From: Eledone cirrhosa
Lineage: Eukaryota
Direction: 5' to 3'
NCBI GenBank assembly: GCA_964016885.1
Contig: OZ024741.1
Location: 263,810,001-263,874,000, forward strand
DNA: 64,000 nt
How positions within the stretch are numbered: the stretch's first letter is position 1; each line of letters begins with the position of its first letter. The notes below the pieces were generated by a model. That model saw nothing but the letters and a program-made list of their open reading frames with translations, searched no databases and was not told the DNA's origin. Made by a program: the position numbers and the translations under genes. This document shows positions 55,645-64,000 of this stretch, piece after piece.

Positions 55645-56738
55645 GTGGTGGTGGCGTTGGTTGTTGTTGTTGTTGGTGGTGATATTAATGGTGGTGGTGA
55701 TGGTGGTGATTGTGGTAGTGGTGAAGATGGTTGTAATGGAGGTGGTGAAGGTGGTGTTGGTGATGGTGGTGGTGAAGGTGGTGTTGGTGATGGTGGTGGT
55801 GGTGTTGGTGATGGTGGTGGTGAAGGTGGTGTTGGTGATGGTAGTGGTGAAGATGGTTGTAATGGAGGTGGTGAAGGTGGTGTTGGTGATGGTGGTGGTG
55901 AAGGTGGTGTTGGTGATGGTGGTGGTGGTGTTGGTGATGGTGGTGGTGAAGATGGTTGTAATGGAGGTGGTGAAGGTGGTGTTGGTGATGGTGGTGGTGA
56001 AGGTGGTGTTGGTGATGGTGGTGGTGAAGGTGGTGTTGGTGATGGTGGTGGTGGTGGTGGTTGTAATGGTGGTGGTGAAGGTGGTGTTGGTGATGGTGGT
56101 GGTGAAGGTGGTGTTGGTGATGGTGGTGGTGGTGGTGGTGGTGGTTGTAATGGTGGTGGTGAAGGTGGTGTTGGTGATGGTGGTGGTGGTGGTGGTTGTA
56201 ATGGTGGTGGTGAAGGTGGTGTTGGTGATGGTGGTGGTGGTGGTGGTTGTAATGGTGGTGGTGAAGGTGGTGTTGGTGATGGTGGTGGTGGTGGTGGTTG
56301 TAATGGTGGTGGTGGTGAAGGTGGTGTTGGTGATGGTGGTGGTTGTAATGGTGGTGGTGAAGGTGGTGTTGGTGGTGGTGGTGGTGGTGGTGGTTGTAAT
56401 GGTGGTGGTGAAGGTGATGTTGGTGATGGTTGTGGTGGTGGTGGTGGTTGTAATGGTGGTGTTGGTGATGGTGGTGGTGATGGTGGTGGTTGTAATGGTG
56501 GTGGTGAAGGTGGTGTTGGTGATGGTGGTGGTGGTGGTTGTAATGGTGGTGGTGGTGAAGGTGGTGTTGGTGATGGTGGTGGTTGTAATGGTGGTGGTGA
56601 AGGTGGTGTTGGTGGCGGTGGTGGTGGTGGTGGTTGTAATGGTGGGGGTGAAGGTGGTGTTGGTGGTGGTGGTGGTGGTGGTGGTGGTGGTTGTAATGGT
56701 GGTGGTGAAGGTGGTGTTGGTGCTGGTGGTGGTGGTGA
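55645..56738 (+). repeat. (GGT)n-derived higher-order minisatellite
   Basis: Units of GGTGGTGAAGGTGGTGTTGGTGAT / GGTTGTAAT. Confidence 0.9.
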
Positions 56739-56741
56739 TAA

Positions 56742-56905
56742 TAATTGTTTCTACTTTAGGCACAAGGCCAGCAATTATCCCAGTACATTACTGGTACTTT
56801 ATTTTATCGACCCCGTAAGGATGAAAGGCAAAGTTACCCCCGGCAGGTTTTGAACTCAGACTGTAAAGGGACGTAACTCTATGCTGGAAAGCATAGCATC
56901 CGACC
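56742..56905 (-). mobile_element. SINE family A
   Basis: Reverse complement of the body and tail. Confidence 0.85.
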
Positions 56906-57169
56906 CATATATCATATATATACACATATGTGTGTATATATGTGTATATATATCCGACCCACACATATATATACACATATATACACATATACACACACAC
57001 ACACATATACACACGCACATATATATACACAGATATACACACACACCTTCAAATCTGTTTACACACTTATATACACACACATATATACACACACTTACAC
57101 ACAGTTTATACATATATACTTATCTACATACGTACACACTGCTTCAAATCTGTCTACACACATAAACTT

Positions 57170-57270
<101 letters not shown>

Positions 57271-57876
57271 CATATATATACACACATATACACACACACA
57301 TAATACACACACACATAATACACACACACACATATATATATACACATATATATATACGCACACTTATATACACACATATATACATACACATATAGACACA
57401 CACACTATATACACAGACATATACACACACTACTTCAAATCTGTTTATACACATACATATCTCCCCACACTGTTTATACATACATACTTACATATACACA
57501 CATATACACACTGCTTCAAATCTATTTATACATATACACTTATATACACACACACATACTGTATTCATACGCACAGACATACACTCACACACATCCACAG
57601 ACATACACATCCACTTGCACACACTCATATACACTCACACTCATTAATGCACGCACACACACATCCACTTACATACACTCTCACACACACATACACTTAC
57701 ATGCACACACATTCACAGACATATTCATACACACAGCCATACACTCACGCACATCCACTTATATACTCACACATACACACAAACATTGATACACACACAT
57801 ATATTCACTTACACATCACACACATATTCCCACACATCCACTTACATACACACACATACACTGATACACATCCACT

Positions 57877-57912
<36 letters not shown>

Positions 57913-57987
57913 TTCACTTACGTACACATACACTCGCACACATTCATACACACACATACACTGAAACACATTCACTTATATATATAT

Positions 57988-58021
<34 letters not shown>

Positions 58022-58234
58022 TTCACTTACGTACACATACACTCGCACACATTCATACACACACATACACTTACACACACACACAAACATTCACATATTC
58101 ATACACACCTATACACGCAATTATGCAACTGCTAAAATACTAATACACGCTTCTGCACACTGCACACTGCACGCACACATATTCACACACATATTCACAC
58201 ACATATGTACACTCACATATGCACAAACACATAT

Positions 58235-61200
58235 GCACACATCACACTACACACACATCACACTGCACACACATCACACTACACACACCACACTACACAC
58301 ACATCACACTACACACACATCACACTACACACACATCACACTACACACACCACACTACACACACATCACACTACACACACATCACACTACACACACATCA
58401 CACTACACACACATCACACTACAGACACATCACACTGCACACACACCACACTGCATACACAGCACACTACACACACACATCATACAGCACACACATCACA
58501 GCACACACACCACACTACACACACATCACACTACACACACATCACACTACACACACATCACACTACACACACATCACACTACACACACATCACACTACAC
58601 ACACATCACACTACACACATCACACTACACACATCACACTACACACACATCACACTACACACACATCACACTACACACACATCACACTACACACACCACA
58701 CTACACACACATCACACTACACACACATCACACTACACACACATCACACTACACACACATCACACTACACACACATCACACTACACACATCACACTACAC
58801 ACATCACACTACACACATCACACTACACACACATCACACTACACACACATCACACTACACACACATCACACTACACACACCACACTACACACACATCACA
58901 CTACACACACATCACACTACACACACATCACACTACACACACATCACACTACACACATCATACAGCACACACATCACAGCACATACACCACACTACACAC
59001 ACACCATACTGCCCACACACCACACTACACACACATCACACTACACACACATCACACTACACACACATAACACTACACACACATCACACTACACACACAT
59101 CACACTACACACACATCACACTGCACACACATCACACTACACACACCACACTACACACACATCACACTACACACACATCACACTACACACACATCACACT
59201 ACACACACCACACTACACACACATCACACTACACACACATCACACTACACACACATCACACTACACACACATCACACTACACACACATCACACTGCACAC
59301 ACATCACACTACACACACCACACTACACACACACCACACGGCACACACACCACACTGCACACACATCACACTACACACACATCACACTGCACACACATCA
59401 CACTGCACACAGATCACACTACACACACATCACACTACACACACATCACACTACACACACATCACACTACACACACATCACACTACAGACACATCACACT
59501 ACACACACCACACTACACACACACCACACTACACACACCACACTACACACACATCACACTACAGACACATCACACTACACACACATCACACTACACACAC
59601 ATCACACTGCACACAGATCACACTACACACACATCACACTACACACACATCACACTACACACACATCACACTACACACACATCACACTACAGACACATCA
59701 CACTACACACACCACACTACACACACATCACACTACACACACACCACACTACACACACATCACACTACAGACACATCACACTACACACACATCACACTAC
59801 ACACACACCACACTACACACACATCACACTACACAGACATCACACTACAGACACATCACACTACACACACCACACTACACACACATCACACTACAGACAC
59901 ATCACACTACACACACATCACACTACACACATCACACTGCACACACATCACACTACACACACATCACACTGCACACACATCATACAGCACACACATCACA
60001 GCACACACACCACACTACACACACACCATACTGCCCACACACCACACTACACACACACAGCACACTGCTCACACATCACACTACACACACCACACTACAC
60101 ACACACCACACTGCACACACACCACACTGCACACACATCACACTACACACACATCACACTGCACACACATCACACTACACACACACCACACTGCACACAC
60201 ATCACACTGCACACACACCACACTACACACACATCACACTACACACACATCACACTACACACACATCACACTGCACACACACCACACTGCACACACACCA
60301 CACTACACACACATCACACTACACACACATCACACTACACGCACATCACACTACACACATCACACTACACACATCACACTACACACACATCACACTACAC
60401 ACACATCACACTACACACACATCACACTACACACACATCACACTACACACACATCACACTGCACACACATCACACTGCACACACATCACACTACACACAC
60501 CACACTACACACACATCACACTACACACACATCACACTACACACACATCACACTACACACACCACACTACACACACATCACACTACACACACATCACACT
60601 ACACACACATCACACTACACACACATCACACTACACACACATCACACTGCACACACATCACACTACACACACCACACTACACACACACCACACGGCACAC
60701 ACACCACACTGCACACACACCACACTGCACACACATCACACTACACACACATCACACTGCACACAGATCACACTAAACACACATCACACTACACACACAT
60801 CACACTACACACACATCACACTACACACACATCACACTACAGACACATCACACTACACACACATCACACTACACACATCACACTGCACACACATCACACT
60901 ACACACACATCACACTGCACACACATCATACAGCACACACATCACAGCACACACACCACACTACACACACACCATACTGCCCACACACCACACTACACAC
61001 ACAGCACACTGCTCACACATCACACTACACACACCACACTACACACACACCACACTGCACACACACCACACTGCACACACATCACACTACACACACATCA
61101 CACTGCACACACATCACACTACACACACACCACACTGCACACACATCACACTGCACACACACCACACTACACACACATCACACTACACACACATCACACT

Positions 61201-62615
61201 ACACACACATCACACTACACACACATCACACTGCACACACACCACACTGCACACACACCACACTACACACACATCACACTACACACACATCACACTACAC
61301 GCACATCACACTACTCACACATCACACTGCACACACATCACACTACACACACACCACACTGCACACACACCACACTACACACACACCACACTACACACAC
61401 ATCACACTACACACACATCACACTACACACACATCACACTACACACACATCACACTGCACACACATCACACTGCACACACACGACACTACACACACATCA
61501 CACTACACACACATCACACTACACACACATCACACTACACACACATCACACTACACACACATCACACTACACACACATCACACTACACACACCACACTAC
61601 ACACACACCACACGGGACACACACCACACTGCACACACATCACACTACACACACATCACACTGCACACACATCACACTACACACACATCACACTACACAC
61701 ACATCACACTACACACACATCACACTACACACACATCACACTACAGACACATCACACTACACACACATCACACTACACATATCATACAGCACACACATCA
61801 CAGCACACACACCACACTACACACACACCATACTACCCACACACCACACTACACACACAGCACACTGCTCACACATCACACTACACACACCACACTACAC
61901 ACACACCACACTGCACACACACCACACTACACACACATCACACTACACACACATCACACTACACACACATCACACTACACACACATCACACTGCACACAC
62001 ATCAAACTACACACACACCACACTGCACACACACCACACTACACACACACCACACTGCACACACACCACACTGCACACACATCACACTACACACACATCA
62101 CACTGCATACACATCACACTACACACACCACACTACACACACACCACACTGCACACACACCACACTGCACACACACCACACTACACACACACCACACTGC
62201 ACACACACCACACTACACACACACACCACACTGCACACACACCACACTGCATACACATCACACTACACACACCACACTACACACACACCACACTGCACAC
62301 ACATCACACTACACACACATCACACTGCATACACATCACACTACACACACCACACTACACACACAACACACTTCACACACACCACACTGCACACACATCA
62401 CACTACACCCACAGCACACTGCACACATATCACACTACACACACATCACACTACGCACATCATACAGCACACACATCACAGCACACACACCACACTACAC
62501 ACACACCATGCTGCCCACAGACCACACTACACACACAGCACACTGCTCACACATCACACTACACACACCACACTACACACACATCTCACTGCTCACACAT
62601 CACACTACACACACA
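58235..62615 (+). repeat. ~4.4-kb satellite of 14-16-bp CA-derived units (ACACACACATCACACT)
   Basis: Continuous tandem array with recurring variant blocks (CATACAGCAC, CCATACTGCCC, CAGAC). Confidence 0.95.
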
Positions 62616-62619
62616 TACC

Positions 62620-63190
62620 ATGTCTGGTCTGTTATGTTTAAATTTTATGTGGGATATGAGTGAGAGAAACTGACCGACACTGAGCACATCCACGAACACT
62701 TACGATCGGGGTACCTTTATTCTATAGTTCTTCATTTTTAACTCAATAAACCATTCCCATCTCTCTGTGTTGTGATGGTTCCAATACCATGGACTTTTTC
62801 CTACCAGAAAAATACGGGAACAAAACCTCATTTTCAGCCTAGGAACGTCCATCCTCCTGGCATCAAATCTCTAATTTGTCCACCCACCCCACATACATAT
62901 AATATACTTACAATACTGATACATACATAAACACGCTTTGACGTATACACTCTCAGGTGGACTAAAACTCATAGACACCAAAATCTGCTGCAGACTGTCA
63001 TTCCTATTATGCCCGAAATTTTAACCCACCATCCAGCTTTACACTCCTTGATTCAGAAATCATGTTCAGCTAATCTACCTGTTTCATCTTTCCACTAATA
63101 TCCCCTCTCAAGGATACATTTCAACTGAAACACAAAAATCTCTTCTCTTCTCTTCTCCGATAAAGTATATGAAGCTGAAACGTTGGGCAC
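62620..63190 (+). mobile_element. Highly decayed Penelope endonuclease end and pseudo-LTR remnant
   Basis: …HEHLRS…RKIREQNLIFSLGT…PPGI, typical of a PLE GIY-YIG C-terminus; a decayed hammerhead-like CCGATAA…GAAACGTT lies at about 63157-63184. Confidence 0.5.
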
Positions 63191-63573
63191 CTTCCTTTCT
63201 TCACACCAAATAGCCCTATTTTAAATTACCACACTTCCTCCTGTATTATTTATTGCTAAAGCAGCTCCTCACTAAAATATGTCAACCAAAGAGTAACTTA
63301 AACCAGAAGTTGATAGGATCTTTACTTTCAAATATGCTTATTTTAACAGCCTCATTCGTTTCTTGTTTATCCGTACCCCCCCCCTCTATCTATCTCATCC
63401 CTCTCTCTTTCTCTCTCTTTCTCTCTCTTTCTCTCTCTTTCTCTCTCTCGCTCTATCTATCTCCCTCTCTCTCTCTCAGTCTATCTATTTATCTATCTAC
63501 CTACCTATCTACCTCTCTCTCCCACCCCCCTCTACCTATCTATCTACCCCTCCTCTCTCCCTCTATCTATCTA

Positions 63574-63636
<63 letters not shown>

Positions 63637-63924
63637 TTCTACCTACCTACCCCCTTCTCTCTCTGACTTTATTCCTCCTCGTCAGTTTCCGTTTCTTCTT
63701 CACTTCGCCCATCTACACACATTAATTTCCCGCTTTCTACCACCGTAGTAACTTCCCCTTCAGTTGAAATACCCCCCCCCGTCCCACGATGTAACCCCAC
63801 CCCACCCCATCAACACCTCCTTCTGTCATGTTCTGCTTCCATCTCTTTCTATATTTTCACTTTCCAGCCATATCTCTCTCTTCCTCCTTCTCATTTTGCT
63901 TTCACCCATCCAGCCTCTCATTCA

Positions 63925-63992
<68 letters not shown>

Positions 63993-64000
63993 ATATCTAT

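Noticed and set aside
55639-56853. Gly-rich, Thr-rich or Val-rich ORFs
   Set aside because: (GGT)n-derived repeat open in most frames; it runs into a SINE.
57786-62641. 996- and 1478-aa His/Thr ORFs
   Set aside because: Translations of a CA satellite that lacks stop codons; no domain content.

Overview
Repeat-rich, AT-rich eukaryotic DNA, most likely an octopus/cephalopod genome (inferred from SINE types and microsatellite load). Bases 1-13236 hold the last two, very large, coding exons of a + strand gene (1-8894 and 10227-13236, phase-2 GT-AG intron, at least 3967 aa, 5' end outside the window). The protein is mostly low complexity (polyQ/T/S/N, about 600 aa of QTQTPPP repeats). It carries a SKI/DACH-type domain, a split SKI SMAD4-binding (SAND-like) Zn domain and two DHxY HCF-1-binding motifs. 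The other ~50 kb has no host genes I can support. It contains two larger Penelope-like retroelements (one Hydra-clade-like, one Neptune-like), RTE, Tx1 and R4/Dong LINE fragments, a 3.8 kb non-autonomous Helitron, many tRNA-SINEs, satellites and a satellite foldback. The most striking non-coding signal is about 16 type-I hammerhead ribozyme motifs of several families. Many sit in short foldback cassettes at (TA)n tracts, three palindromes carry a hammerhead on both strands, and two families have a ~60-nt extended stem II.
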